Positions 43,193 through 57,050 of a stretch of DNA of 64,000 nucleotides are shown one piece after another. This DNA comes from Eledone cirrhosa (Eukaryota): NCBI GenBank assembly GCA_964016885.1, contig OZ024757.1:37076001-37140000 (forward strand), read 5' to 3'. The notes under the pieces are model-generated. The model ran no database searches. It saw only the letters and a list, made by a program, of their open reading frames with translations, and was not told where the DNA came from. A program made the translations under genes and the position numbers. How positions within the stretch are numbered: position 1 is the stretch's first letter; every line of letters begins with the position of its first letter.

Positions 43193-46100
43193 GATGATGA
43201 TGATATTGAAATAATAAATATAGAAAGACACTGTGTCCTACAATAGAGATTTGATATTGAGTATATTTAAACTGCCAAAAAAAAAGATGAAAACTTTTTT
43301 CTCTCTTTTTTTAAAATATTCTTTCTGTGTTAGAATAGAATTTTTAGTTGAGTTAAATCTTGTTGCCAATCTCAAGTCAAACACGTTGATTCTGAAAGTC
43401 AAAGAAGATCAATAAAAATTGAATTCTATTGATTATTAATTTTTTTTAAAAATAGTTTTTCTGTGGTGCTTCATGGGAGGGGGAAAATCCCTCATTCTAT
43501 AATATAATATAATATATTTGAAAGAATTACTGGGTCAATTTGTTCTTTTGTGAAGTGGCAGAGTTGTTAGAGTGTCAGATGAAATACTTCTGTATTTGTT
43601 CTGGTCCTCTGTGCTCTAGGTTCAAATTCTGTTGAGGTCATCTTTGACTTTACATCCTCCTTTTCTTTTGCGGGGCAGTGGGTTGATAAATAAAGTACCA
43701 ACCAGTCCATGAGTGGAGAATTGGTGGAATTATCAAGGTGTCAGAAGGGTTGCTCTGCAATACCTGATCTAAATGTCAGTTCTATTCGCCATTTTCCTTT
43801 CCTGAAACAGGGTTTAGCTTTGCAGGCCTAACTATACAGTAATATACCAATGTGAGTCTTCGACCAGCTAGAAATAGCAGTCAAATTCACTTCAATTATG
43901 TCAACAATAATAATAGTTTCTACTTCAGGCTCAAGGGTAGCAATTTGAAAGAGAGGGGAAAGTCGATTAAATCGACCCCAGTGCATAACTGGTGCTTTAT
44001 TTTATCGACTCCATAAGGATGAAAAGCAAAGCTAATCTCGGCGGGGTTTGTACATTATTCTATGTACTATACATGCACCTTTGATGAGTTGTAGTGCACC
44101 TGAACACTGTACACATACATTTTCATTCTTTTTCTTCTTATTATTATTTTGACATAATAATAATGAAAATTATTGTATACAGTGCTCAGGTGCACTACAA
44201 CTTATCAAAGTTGCATGTATAGTACATAGAATAATGTACAAATGTCAGGAAAGTGAACACAATAACATAAGCACAAGCGTTTTAAGTCCATTTTCTTCTG
44301 CTAAAGCAAGTGGGGTTAGCCTTGCAGGTCTAATTACAGGCTTCATACCCATCATGAAGTTCTTTTTGAGGCAATGTTCTATGACTGGTTGCCCCCTGCT
44401 CCTGGCGCCAGCCCTTGTAGTTGCCTCTTATGACATGCAAGGATGCGATGTACCTATTCTGAACTGGGTATACACACACAGCAATTAAAAGAAAGTGTTA
44501 TATATTTAGAAGCAAGCTCAAGAGAGAAGTTATGCCTCTGGTGAGTTGAGTTGAGTTGGTTTTGATTCTTCAACTGTAGTTATCACAAACATCATTTCTT
44601 CTCCTATGTAAAGGAATTATCATTACTATTAATATTATTATTATTATTATTATTATCATTTCTTGTTTTTTTTTGCTTAGTATTTCATTGTTGTTCTGTC
44701 GGTATTGGATTGCTAGATAGCTAAAGTTGCAGGGTGCAGCTTGCTGTTTAATACAGTTTTTTTAATTTTTTGCTGTGTCAAGCAAACAAGCTTTCTGTAG
44801 AATGAGAAACTTCACCTCCTACATCCTGCATTCTCAACCAACCATTAGAAACTTCTTGCCATTGGTCCCTAAGGCTCATAATACAATTGGGGATGATAAC
44901 AACTTTACAGCAATTTCAAATTCTCTGCATTTCATATTTGATGTCTTGGTATATATATATATATATAGATTTTTTTTTTTTCACACTATTATTATTATTT
45001 TCTTGGAATCTCAGTCATTAATGTTATTTAACTGGAAAGTTTGTTCAAATGAACATCAAGCTGCTACCTGCAGCCTCAGATATTCAGGATGTATCGGAGG
45101 GTTCTTGCTGATCCTAACAAGCATGCCTTTTGAAGTGTTCCAAAAAAGAGGGCTGGACTAATGTTCTTTAACCGTCCTTGAAAACTCTTTGAGAAAGTAC
45201 CTAATGCTCCTATGACAATTGAGATAACCTTGATTATTATTATTATTATTTGGCAGTATTGGTAAAGGGTTGGATGCCATGCTTTCTAGCATAGTTACGT
45301 CCATTTACAGTCTGAGTTCAAATCCTGTTGAGGTTAACTTTGCCTTTCATCGTTATGGGGTCGATAAAATAAAGTACCAGTAATGTACTGGGTAATTGCT
45401 GGCCTTGTGCCAAAAGTAGAAACAATTATTATTTGGCAGTATCGGTTGAGTGTTGGACTATATGCTTTACAGCATAGAGTTTCGGCTCTTTATGTTCTGA
45501 TTTCAAATCCTACTGAGGTTAACCTTGCCTTTCATCCTTACTGGGTCAATAAAATAAAGTACCAGTAACTCACTGGAGTTGGAGTCGATCTAATTCACTT
45601 CCCCCTCCCCTGAAAATTGTTGGCCTTGTGCCTAAATCAGAAGCCACTATTACAGTCTCACCTCTTAGTATGAATTAACTCAGTAATCTTTCGTGTTGTC
45701 TCAGGCTAGTTATTTTTTTTTCCTGTTTATTCCTGCTAATCTCTTTAACAAGATTATCTCACCCCAGTTGACTTTACTTTCATACATTTGTTTATTTGAC
45801 GTATCTCTTTCTCTCTCATGCTGGCTTGGATTGAAATGGTTCTCTGGATTTTGTTTGATACCTTGCTCACACTGACTACACTAACTCTTCCAACTGTGAA
45901 CTATCATCATCATTGTTTAACGTCTATCTTCCACGCTAGCATGGGTTAGACGGGTTTGTCCCATTTGAGGCAAGTTGGGTTGGGTGGAAGGAAATAGAGA
46001 AAGAGAGGCAGACTGTGAAAGACCTGGACTAAAAATGGAGTAAGAAATGATGTCTAAGGGGTTGGTAAGAAGCAATGCAGATGGTATAATGGCATAATGG

Positions 46101-47126
46101 AGTAAGTGGCTTGTTACAAAACCTCCTCATAAAGTTGCTCCCTGTTTTAACAGAGGGGAAAAATGGCCTTAACTCTTTAGCATTTACATTACTCTATATT
46201 TACTTTTATATATCTCACATAATATCAAATCTATGAGATTTTGATATTATTTATTTTGAGTACAATACCTTAACGTCAGTATGAGTGGCCAGTTACAGCT
46301 GGTTTGAACAGAAAGAGGTGAGAAAATTCTGACCAGCTACAGCCTGTTTAAATGCTAAAAGGTTTAATCCTTTAGCATTTACATTACTCTATATTTACTA
46401 TTGTATTTTCATGGTAATTATCTCATATATTATCAAATTTATGAGATTTTATTATTTATTTTGAGAACAATACCTTAATGTAAGTATGAGTTGCAGGTTA
46501 TGGCCAGTTTGAACAGAAAGCGGTGAGAGACTTCTGGCCGGATACAGCTGGTTTAAATGCTAAAAGGTTTAACAGGGGAAAAAATGGCCTTAAAACACTA
46601 GTTTTATATTCTCTGCTCTATGAAAACAGATATTAACCTAAATTGAATTCTGGCTCTCCTTTCTCAGAACAGATTTTTAACAAATTTTTGCATTTATTTC
46701 TTTAGTATATTCTTCTTTCATCACTTTTTATCCATTTTCTTCTCTCTCCTTCATCCCTTGTTTATGCTTCACTAGGTAATTTACGATGGATTTATTAATA
46801 GAAATGAAAGTTTTTTTTAGGTTACAAATGTAGATCAATTTTTTTTTATTATATGTATGGATATGTGTGTATATGTATATTTTATGTATATATATGTATA
46901 ATGTATATATATATGTATATTATATATATATATAAAATATATATATATATGCATATATATATATACATACATACATGTGTATGTACACATTTATATACTC
47001 ATATACACATATACATATACATGCACAAACACAATATATATATATAAAATATAAAATGTATATATATGTAAAACATATATAAATATATATGCATATATAT
47101 ACCTACACATTCACAAACATAACATA

Positions 47127-47175
<49 letters not shown>

Positions 47176-47398
47176 CATATGTATCCATATACAAAATTTA
47201 TAATTTTTTTTCTTCTTTTAATTCTCAGTAGATTTTTCCATGCTGCAGAGATAGTTTCAGCTTGATTTGTGTGAGTTGTTCTAATGAAAGATGATTGTGG
47301 ATGTGAGAACATCCTATTACTGTTTGTTAGGTTATTGGCCATTGATACTATGTTTTAGGATCTTAACTTCAGACAAGCAGTTAATTGGAAAGAAGATA

Positions 47399-47437
<39 letters not shown>

Positions 47438-47986
47438 GTACGGTATGGTGGACTAACTGTTGTGTTAACTCTTCTACTTAACTCGTCCCATGGACTGAGT
47501 GCTCTACCACTACGGATATTACCTTCCAGAGTTCTACCTCTCTCTCTCTCTATAAGTAAATGAGGTATCGTTTAAGGTAATCCAAGGTAATCTTCACTCC
47601 TTATTATATATATCTATACACACATACACATAAATACATGTATATCTTTGTGTCATATATATATGTATATATATATATCATCATCATTTCATCATTTCAT
47701 TTTACGTCCGCTTTTCCCTACTTGCAAGGGTGGGACGGGAACTGATTCTGGCTTGATTTCTACAGCTGGATGCCCTTCCAAACACCAACCTCATTTACAG
47801 TATATATATATATATATATATAATAAGGGTTGACGGACCCACCATATTTATCAATGCCAGTACCGGTTGTATCTCAGCGCACTCAATGGGCAATGTAAGA
47901 TACATTACCAGAGTATACACATAGTTATTTGCCTCAACACAACACACGTAAAACGGGTGCCTATATATATATATATATATATGTGT

Positions 47987-48342
47987 AAATGAAGTAATTC
48001 CGTCGGAAAAGTCCAGGAAAAAAGAGTGCTCTATGTAGGTAACAGAGCTTAATAGTTATGTAATAAACAACATAAGGCAATTATTTCATTTACCAGTGGT
48101 TTCTTAAAAGCAAAAAAATGTTGCTTTCAATCATCAGAATGAAAAAATCCTGGTGTATTTTATTGACATTGGATTTTAAAAACAAAAATGCAATCTATAT
48201 AGATTGCATTTTTGTTTTTAAAATCCAATGTCAATAAAATACACCAGGATTTTTTCATTCTGATGATTGAAAGCAACATTTTTTTGCTTTTAAGAAACCA
48301 CTGGTAAATGAAATAATTGCCTTATGTTGTTTATTACATAAC

Positions 48343-48345
<3 letters not shown>
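47987..48345. mobile_element. Fold-back hammerhead element, family A: 294-bp palindrome (48052-48345) plus ~65-bp tail, in (TA)n
   Basis: Arms are reverse complements about 48198/48199 with no mismatch found by eye. Confidence 0.9.
48253..48313 (+). ncRNA. Type I hammerhead ribozyme (mirror copy on - strand at 48084-48144)
   Basis: Stem I TTTCATT/AATGAAA; core CTGATGA; stem II TTGAAAGCAA/TTGCTTTTAA; GAA; stem III ACC(ACT)GGT; cleavage triplet GTA^ after 48306. Confidence 0.85.
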
Positions 48346-48397
<52 letters not shown>

Positions 48398-50279
48398 CAT
48401 CAATTAAATCCATTTTTCCTCGCTAGCAGGTGTTAGATAAGTTGTCCCATTGTAAAACAAGTCAGATCAGAAGACAGTCTTGCTCACACAGAACTGTTTC
48501 TGGCTTGGTTTCTACTCTCTCATATATATATCTAAGGTAATGCTAGTGCATTGGAAAAATGTACTAAGTACACCTTGTCAGGTGGTAGGTATTCGGAAGG
48601 GCTTCCAGTTGCAGAAACCATGCCAAATATGGAATATATGAACAAGACGCGATCATCTGACTGATCTAGCTTGAGAACGTGACAACCCGGCCAACCCACA
48701 ACATGCCAGTGTGGAAAGCGTACATAAAAACAATGATGATATATATATATCGGTATAGATATGTACACACACAGGTGGTTTGGTGACAAAAGGGCTAAAA
48801 GACATGTTTATGTGATTGAAGTGAATTTAAGACTTTAGCATTTAAATCGGCCATATCCGGCCAGAATTCTATCACCTCTTTCTGTTCAAACTGGCTGTAA
48901 CTGGCCTCTCATACTGATGTTAAGGTATTGTTATCAAAATAAATAATATCAAAATCTCAAAGATTTGATATTATGTGAGATAAAGCTTTTACTCTGAAAA
49001 TACAATAGAAACTATATAGTAATGTAAATACTAAAGGGTTAATAGTATTGGGGAAAAAAACCAAACACATATTGTAAGTTGCCATCCCTCTTACTGTTTT
49101 CTCCACACACACACTTCACCCTCCGGCTTTAGATTTACGCAAACTAACAAACAAACATCATCATTATTCCAAGATATTAAATTAATCAATTATCACTAGG
49201 TGTTTCCCTTCCCCCGCTTCACCCCCTCCCCCATTAATGAAATTCTATATCTCCAGGTATTAAATCTAATGCTTTGTTCATACAAATTCTGTTTGTTTGT
49301 TTTTTTTTGTTTTGTTCTGCCATATATTCTAGCAACACTATACTTTAATAATAGAAATATATTATTCTTCGCAACACTACACACAAGGAATTAACCATTT
49401 TGCTACCATATTTCTAATGAAAGACTCTGGTCATGATTTACAAAGGATTTTGAATATAATGAAGAATTTTAAGGCATTTGATATAAAGTGGAAACCTGGT
49501 TCAAAAACTTAAATTGTTCCTGAATGCCGTTTGTCACCCGAAATGTTCGTAAACCGAAACAAATTGGTATTTGGGAGCATAACTTAACAAAGGTTTTTTA
49601 CAGAAATTTGAAATGTGTGCATCCCAATGCAAATGATCATATTTGTAGTTGGGAAAATTGGGTAAAGTACCCCTGGAGATGGAACAAGGATAAAATTATG
49701 ATGGGATATTTTTAGATAAATATAACTACTTTAAACTGACCGTATCTGGCCAGAATTTTCTCACCTTTTTCTGTTCAAACTGGCTGTAACCGGCCACTCA
49801 TACCGACGTTCTCAAACCGATCAAAATTTCATAGATTCGATGTTATGTGAGGTAACTCCTTTACTGCAAAAATACAATTGTAAAAATAGAGCAATGTAAA
49901 TGCTAAAGCATTAAAACAAACAATTTTTCCATTATAAAACCTGTAGCTGTTTCATGTATGTCTTGGTACAGAAAGAGTTAAAAACTTGACAGAATTTACT
50001 ATTTACTCTTAACTAAATTGTTTGGAATGTTTTTAGATAAATATAACTGTATTAAAACAAAGAGCTTTGTGGATATTTCATGTTCTTTGGTATCAAAATG
50101 CTTATTTTATTTAAAAAAAATTTACCCATAACTGAATTATATGAAATATATCGCTGTTTTTATTTGATGAAAGAAAATAATAAATAAACATGTGTTATAT
50201 GTTTTTTTTTTTTATATTAACTGTTGTTGTTTTGGCATCCTGATTATATAATAACATACCCAACTTTTCATTCTAACAG

Positions 50280-50339
50280 CAATTTGCACAAGGAAAGTCT
50301 GAAAGACTTTCTGATGGAGATTCTGATGACAAAGATAGG
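50280..50339 (+). CDS. EPN: Candidate 60-nt symmetric (phase 0-0) epsin exon, QFAQGKSERLSDGDSDDKDR
   Basis: Acceptor CTTTTCATTCTAACAG|, donor AGG|GTAAAT, open in the frame demanded by the ENTH exon, purine-rich island within non-repetitive intron sequence. Confidence 0.65.
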
Positions 50340-50785
50340 GTAAATAAATAATCTTCATTTTGTAGTCTGCTTGTCTGCTTGGTATTTTGGTATTTTTCTC
50401 CAGTATATCGGTGAATAATTAGTTCCTATATATTTAAATGTATCTACAAATTTATTATATTGCTTTTGTTGTGACTTGCTGTCTGTGACTCTTGCATGTT
50501 TTTTTTTCTTCTCTCTCTATATAAGCATGTTTTATATTGGGTATTGTAAGATTTTTCCGTGTATTTCAATTTTTAACTGTATCTTTTGTAAAGTCTTTTC
50601 ATAAATAAGTCTATATATAAATAAATAATTGTTTTAATGTGCGTATTTGTTTGTAGCATGATAATTCATGTAAACATTAAGGCCTGAGGAATGCTGAATA
50701 GATGTATTATCTCAAATGAAATGATCTATTAAAGTATGAAACCAGACAGTAGCCGATACAATGTGCAATAACATTATTCTGTACA

Positions 50786-50818
<33 letters not shown>

Positions 50819-50820
<2 letters not shown>

Positions 50821-51040
50821 GTAATAAACAACATAAGACAATTATTCCATTTACCAAAGGTTTCACGAAGACAGACGAGCTCAACACAGACGTCTGAAAT
50901 CGCTCATCAGAATGACGTCTATCTTCGTGAAACCTTTGGTAAATGGAATAATTGTCTTAGGTTGTTTATTACATAATTAAATAACTCTGTAGTATACATA
51001 GAGCACTCTCCTTTCCTTTACCCTTCCTATGGAAATACTT
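50819..51040. mobile_element. Fold-back hammerhead element, family A variant (hammerhead on - strand 50848-50914)
   Basis: Arms ~50819-50878/50915-50974; minus strand CATT-CTGATGA-GCGA..AGACG..CGTCT..TCGT-GAA-ACC(TTT)GGT-A^AATG; tail ACATAGAGCACTC..GGAAATACTT. Confidence 0.8.
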
Positions 51041-51387
51041 TATATATATATATATATATATAGTTTAGGGATTTACGCTAACAGAAGTCTGTTGAGCTTT
51101 TAAACTCCAGAATCGGGCCTGATTGATACAGATCAAACCATGAGCTGATCAGTTGCATGTCACACTTCAATAAATGTAACATCAATAAATGTAACATTTA
51201 ACATTTGTCACCTCATCTTTATTATTATATATATATATATATAATTATCATCATCACTGTCCAATGTCCATTTCCCATCTTGCATGAGTTAGATGGGTAG
51301 TCCACGTTGATAGACAAGTCTGGCCAGAATTGACCATGCTGTACCTTGCTCCAATGGGACTGTAAGTTTGGCCTGGAGTTTTTAGAG

Positions 51388-51424
<37 letters not shown>

Positions 51425-53631
51425 CTATGACTATTATATTACTGCTTTTTTTTTGTATGACATATTTATCCTTTCATCACATTGACATATTTAAAGTTCT
51501 TAAAATAGATTACTGGTCACATTCTTGTGAAAGTTAGTGTTGACAAGTTATGGTTACAATGAGTCATTTTAACTCTAATTCTATCATATTTCAAATGAAA
51601 GCACTTGCATATGATTTTCAACTAATTTTGAATATAAATAAGAATGTGGAAGAATTTAGTAATATAACTCATTTATTAAGGTTGGTATTTAGAACTTAAC
51701 TAGACCACCCACGACCCGTTGGGTCACATTCACTTAAAAATATTTTTTTAAAAATCACATTCACTTAAAAATGATTTTTATATTATTAGAATATACACAG
51801 ACATGTATATAATGTAAAATGAAATTGGAAGGCCCATATATATATATGTGTGTGTGTATACATATTCTCTATCTATGTCTCTCTTTCAATCTACTCAGTC
51901 ACAACCATTATCTCTTTCTCTCTATCTTTCTCTCTATTTATGAAGGTAGCCAGATAAACCCCGTATCTCGGGAACCCGTGCTCCGATTCACGAGAAAATT
52001 GTTTTATTCCATTTGCATTCCCATTTCAGGGGCAACTTCCTTTCAAAGTATTTTCCCCGTTATGCGCCATTTTGGCTGTATTAAATTACAGACAAGCCTA
52101 CAATCACAGAGTTTTAGTAGTATATAGATAATGGTTGTTACATAAATTTATGATGGAAAGTTTTTGATGAATAGAAGTCCTTCAAAATAAACTGTATTGT
52201 ATTGTAGTATGAAGGACGTTTTTGAAGCAGTTTGGTATCAAAAGAACTAAGTGTATTAGTATTGCTCTTGGTGTAAAGCACTAAAATCATTAGTGAGCTT
52301 CATTTAGCATTCTCACTTTTAATTATATTTATAATGATATTTCAAAAGAAAATGGAGATTCTAAATAATTGTTTCTACTTTAGGCACAAGGCGAGCAATT
52401 TTGGGGGAGGAGAAAGTTGATTAAAACGATCCTAGTGCATTACTGGTACTTTGTACTTTATTATATCGATCTCGTAAGGATGAAAGGCAAAGCTAACCTC
52501 TGTAAGATTAGGTAAAATTAACATATTACTCCGTTACGTGTTCCAGCCGCTAGGCTGAGACCATGCTGGGGCACATGACTTTATTTTTCTTCTCTTTGCA
52601 TGTTAATTTTCTCTCTCTTGTTATGGAAAAGTCTGTTTTGTAATTTCATCTTACTTATTGCAATTAATGACCTAAGATTATTTTTTCTTTCATTCCTTTT
52701 TATAAATCATATATGTTTGCCAAGTTTTAGAATATGTACACTGTATTCCTGGATGTCATGCATGCATGGTCCCATAACTCCTGAAGGAGTTGTAGGCTCG
52801 CCATATTGATGTATGGCGCTTGTAGGGCATTTTTTAAAACTTGCCAGAGTAAAATCCTCTCCAGTCTAGAATACAGCAGGTTTCTTCCAGAGAAGGATAG
52901 AGAGTGGGAGAATGGAAGTAAGAAAGAGATATTAGAGGAAGAATTGACCTCAGTACTTGACTGGTACTTTTTTTATCCACTTTGAATGTGTGAAAGGCTA
53001 AGTTGACCTTGGCAGGATCTGAGCTCAAAGAGCAGAAAGCCGATATATATAATATAATATGATATAATATAATATATATAAATATAATATCATATATATA
53101 TATATATAGTACCAGTGTGTTTCGTTGTTAGTCAGTGTGTATATAAACCAGTATTTTGTTGTTGTTAGTCATCATCATCATCTGCTTTCCCTGCTAGCAA
53201 CAGTTTGACAGTCTGTGTGTATAAAATACCAGTATATATTCTTGTTGCTAGTCAGTGTGTATATAGTACTTAGTAGATTTTATTGTTATTAGCGTGTATA
53301 TAGAAACTAGCATATTTTGTTGGACAGGTATATATATATATATATATATAAACCAGTAGATGTTAGTGTGTATATATAAATTATATATATTATGTTGTTG
53401 TCAGTCAATGTGTGTGTGTATATATATAAACCAGTATATTTTGTTGTTAGTGTGCATATATACCAGTAGATGTTGTTGGTGTGTATATATAAACGAGTAT
53501 ATTATGTTGTTGTCAATGTGTGTGTTTATATATATATATAATGTATATAAACACAAGTATATTTTATTGTTACTATGCATATATTCCAGTAGATGTTAGT
53601 GTGTATAAATGCCACCAGTTTGTTATTAATG

Positions 53632-53693
<62 letters not shown>

Positions 53694-53817
53694 GTGTGTA
53701 TATATATATAATCTATTGTGTATCTAGTTTTCTAATTGGTGACATCATTTACTGCTTCACCTTGACTGACACTGACTAAAGAATGCCTTATTATTCATTG
53801 TGTCAACTAAAGAGAAG

Positions 53818-53923
53818 ACTACTACTACTACTGCCACTACCACCCCTTCCATTACTACTACCACTAATATTACTACTATTATCACTACTACTACTGCCAG
53901 CACCACCCACTAATGTCACCACC

Positions 53924-53954
<31 letters not shown>

Positions 53955-54272
53955 ACACCATCCCTACTACTACCAGGGGGGGACCACCCTACTACTACTA
54001 CAATCACCATCATCATAACCACCACCACCACTACTATTACCATCACCCTGCCACCACTACTATTATTACTACTGCTACTACTACTACTACCGCCATCACC
54101 ACCACCACCACTACTACTACTGCTGCTACTACCACTATTACTACGACCACCACCACCATCACCACCACTACTACTACTATCACCACCATCATCACTATTA
54201 CTGCTACCACCACCACTACTACCACTACTTCTGCTCAGACCACTATTACCACCACCACCACTACTACTACTA
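53818..54272. repeat. (TAC)n/(CAC)n microsatellite
   Basis: Direct inspection. Confidence 0.95.
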
Positions 54273-54754
54273 TTCAATGCCATTTCAGAGTTAAATTACA
54301 TTGGCATAGTTAAAGTTCCTAAAATAGCTTTGTGGCCACATTCCTTTTGAAACTGGTTTGGTGAAGGGTTAGGGTTGATTATTTTACAATGAGATATTTC
54401 AATGATGTTGTAACTGTTCATACTGTGTAACCAGGTCATATAAGTGGAGTCTTATGGAGACTGAGAGAGAGAGGAAACTTCACCCTTGACTGCATAGCAA
54501 GGGTTGGACAGGTCAGCAAAAAACTGGGTCAGGTATTCAAGCAGGCATAGTGACCCCTCTCAGATAGGTTGGGGGAGGGCCAAGGCTGTATCTCCCTTGC
54601 ACATGTTCCAGTAATCTACCAAGTACTCAGACAGGCTGGCATTTTGCAAGCAAACACGCTTACATAAGATCCTACATTCTATGGAGAACTTGACTTGGTA
54701 GAAATAGCAGCCAAATCTTCCTTAGACTACACACTCTATCATCTTCAAAAGAAT

Positions 54755-54898
54755 AATACATTTGACACTGTGTTCCTAGAATACATTTGACACTGTGGTC
54801 CTAGAATACATTTGACACTGTGGTCCTAGAATACATTTGACACTGTGGTCCTAGAATACATTTGACACTGTGGTCCTAGAATACATTTGGTACTGTGT
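54755..54898. repeat. 25-bp minisatellite, ~5.7 copies
   Basis: Unit AATACATTTGACACTGTGGTCCTAG. Confidence 0.95.
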
Positions 54899-55901
54899 TT
54901 GAAAAAAAAAGAAAAGATGATGGGTGTAGCTGGTCTTCCGAAATCAAGTTTGAGATCTTCATCTTGCTTGCTTAGCCTGTTAGCAATACCATCCAAATCT
55001 GCCATGGGTCACACACTATCATCCTTGAAAGAACAACACATTTGATAATGTGGCCCTAGATATAGTATGACTGGAAAAAAAAAATGTGATGGTCACAGCT
55101 GGAATAACTTTGCTCTGTTCAATCAAGGTTGGTCTGTAGTAGAAGCACAACAACAGATCTTCATAAAATATATTTGGTTTAAAGTTTTATTAAATCGACC
55201 CCTGTCTGTTACTGGTACTTTATTTTATGCCCCTTGCCCCTCCTCTAGGGATGAAAAGCAAAGCTAATCTAGGCAAGCAAGGTAATAATTGTTTCTACTT
55301 TTGGCACAAGGCCAGCAAATACCCCAGCGCATTACTGGTGCTTTATTTTATTAACCCCCGTAAGGATGAAAGGCAAAGTTAACCTCGGCAGGATTTGAAC
55401 TCAGACCATAAAGGGCTCTAACTCTATGCTGCAAAGTATGGCGTCTGATGCTCCACCGATACTGCCAATCCATAATAAAACACATAAACAACATTTAACA
55501 AACAAATGCTTTATTTATTCGAGAAGTGGTGTTGAATAAAACCTGAAAACTGTCCAGCATTTAAGAGCAAGATAAAGTCATTTTGGTCAAAGGAGCTTTT
55601 GTTATTAGTTCTAGGATTCCCTCTTGACTTTACAGAAAAATAAACAACAAAATACCTTCTCCTTCCACCTCCCCCCATGGTCAAAGCAGTATTTGTTATT
55701 GGTCATAACCCCCTCCTCCTGTTCTGTCTCCCCACCCCTAGCAAAAAAAAATGATAATAAATATGTTAATAAAATAAAACAGACTGGGTTAGATACACAA
55801 ATATTATTATTGTATGATAGAAAACCCACCTTCCCCTACACCCCCACCCCCAACAGAAGGAAAAAAAAACTAAGGAAAACATTCAGACCAAAACTTTCAA
55901 C

Positions 55902-56221
55902 TGTGGTAGTAGTAGTAGCAGTGGTGGTGGTGGTGGTAGTAGTAGTAGTGCTGGTGGTAGTAGTGTTGGTAGTAGTAGTGTTGGAGGTAGTAGTGGTGGT
56001 GGTGATAGTAGTAGTGTTGGTGGTAGTAGTGGTGGTAGTGCTGGTTGTGGTGGTAGCAGTAGTTGTGGTGGTGGTGGTGCTGGTGGTAGTGGTGATAGTG
56101 TTGGTAGTAGTAGTGGTGGTGGTGGTGGTAGTAGTAGTAGTGGTGGTGGTAGTGGTGATAGTGTTGGTGGTAGTAGTAGTGGTGGTAGTAGTAGTGGTGG
56201 TGGTAGTAGTGGTAGTAGTAG
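55902..56221. repeat. (GTA)n/(GTG)n microsatellite
   Basis: Direct inspection. Confidence 0.95.
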
Positions 56222-56519
56222 ACCACCACAGACACTGATCCACATTTATCTAGACAGAATAAGTTTTATTTTTAGCCAACTTCAACTTATTCCAGAAGGA
56301 TTGTACAGTTAAAAGACGATTATGTGTTTATCTTCTGCCAAGAGAGATAGGAATGTTCCAGTAGAAAAATAACAATAACAAATATCAAGTTAGTCATAGT
56401 TTGTATTTTGTTTTGTTTTGTTGTTGTTCTTAACACTTTAATAGCCATATTTTTAATGAAAAACACATAGCACTATGCTTTTCAAATAATTTTGAAAATT
56501 ACAAAAATAATTGGAGAAT

Positions 56520-57050
56520 CTTTCTCCAGTCAGAGCTGCTACTTCTCCAAATTGAGTAATCATAGCTCCGATACTATGGGTATGTGGTTAGAATGTCCCA
56601 GGAAAGAACTGCTGGATAGATTTGAAGCTCAGAAAGTCACGCCAGGTAGAGTCGCTGTAGCTTGGAGATCAGAGAGGCACTTCCGGTAGAACCACTACTT
56701 CTCCGAATTGAGAAATCACAGCTCCGATACTATGGGCATGTGTTTAGAATGTTGTCAGGAAAGAATGTGTAGCTTGGAGATCAGAGAGGCACTTCAGGTA
56801 GAACTGTTGCTTCTCTGGATTGAGATATCACAGCTCTGATACTATGGGCTTGTGGTTAGAATGTCTCAGGAAAGAATTGCTGGACGGATTTTACAGGCAA
56901 AACCAACCGGCAGGAGACCCAGGGGTAGACCCCCAAGCAACATAGTTGGATAACATTGATGAACTTGTCTGGCCTTACTTGGGGATCCAGCTGGATCAAC
57001 TGGAGACAGTTGCTTCTGGCAGGACCCACTAGAAGGAGTGTTTGAGGACT
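56520..57050 (+). mobile_element. RTE LINE 3' fragment with an internally triplicated segment
   Basis: LLL.IE.SQLRYYG..VRMSQER segment occurs three times (~56535, 56690, 56800), the last continuing into TGRRPRGRP; homologous to 32895-33215. Confidence 0.8.
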
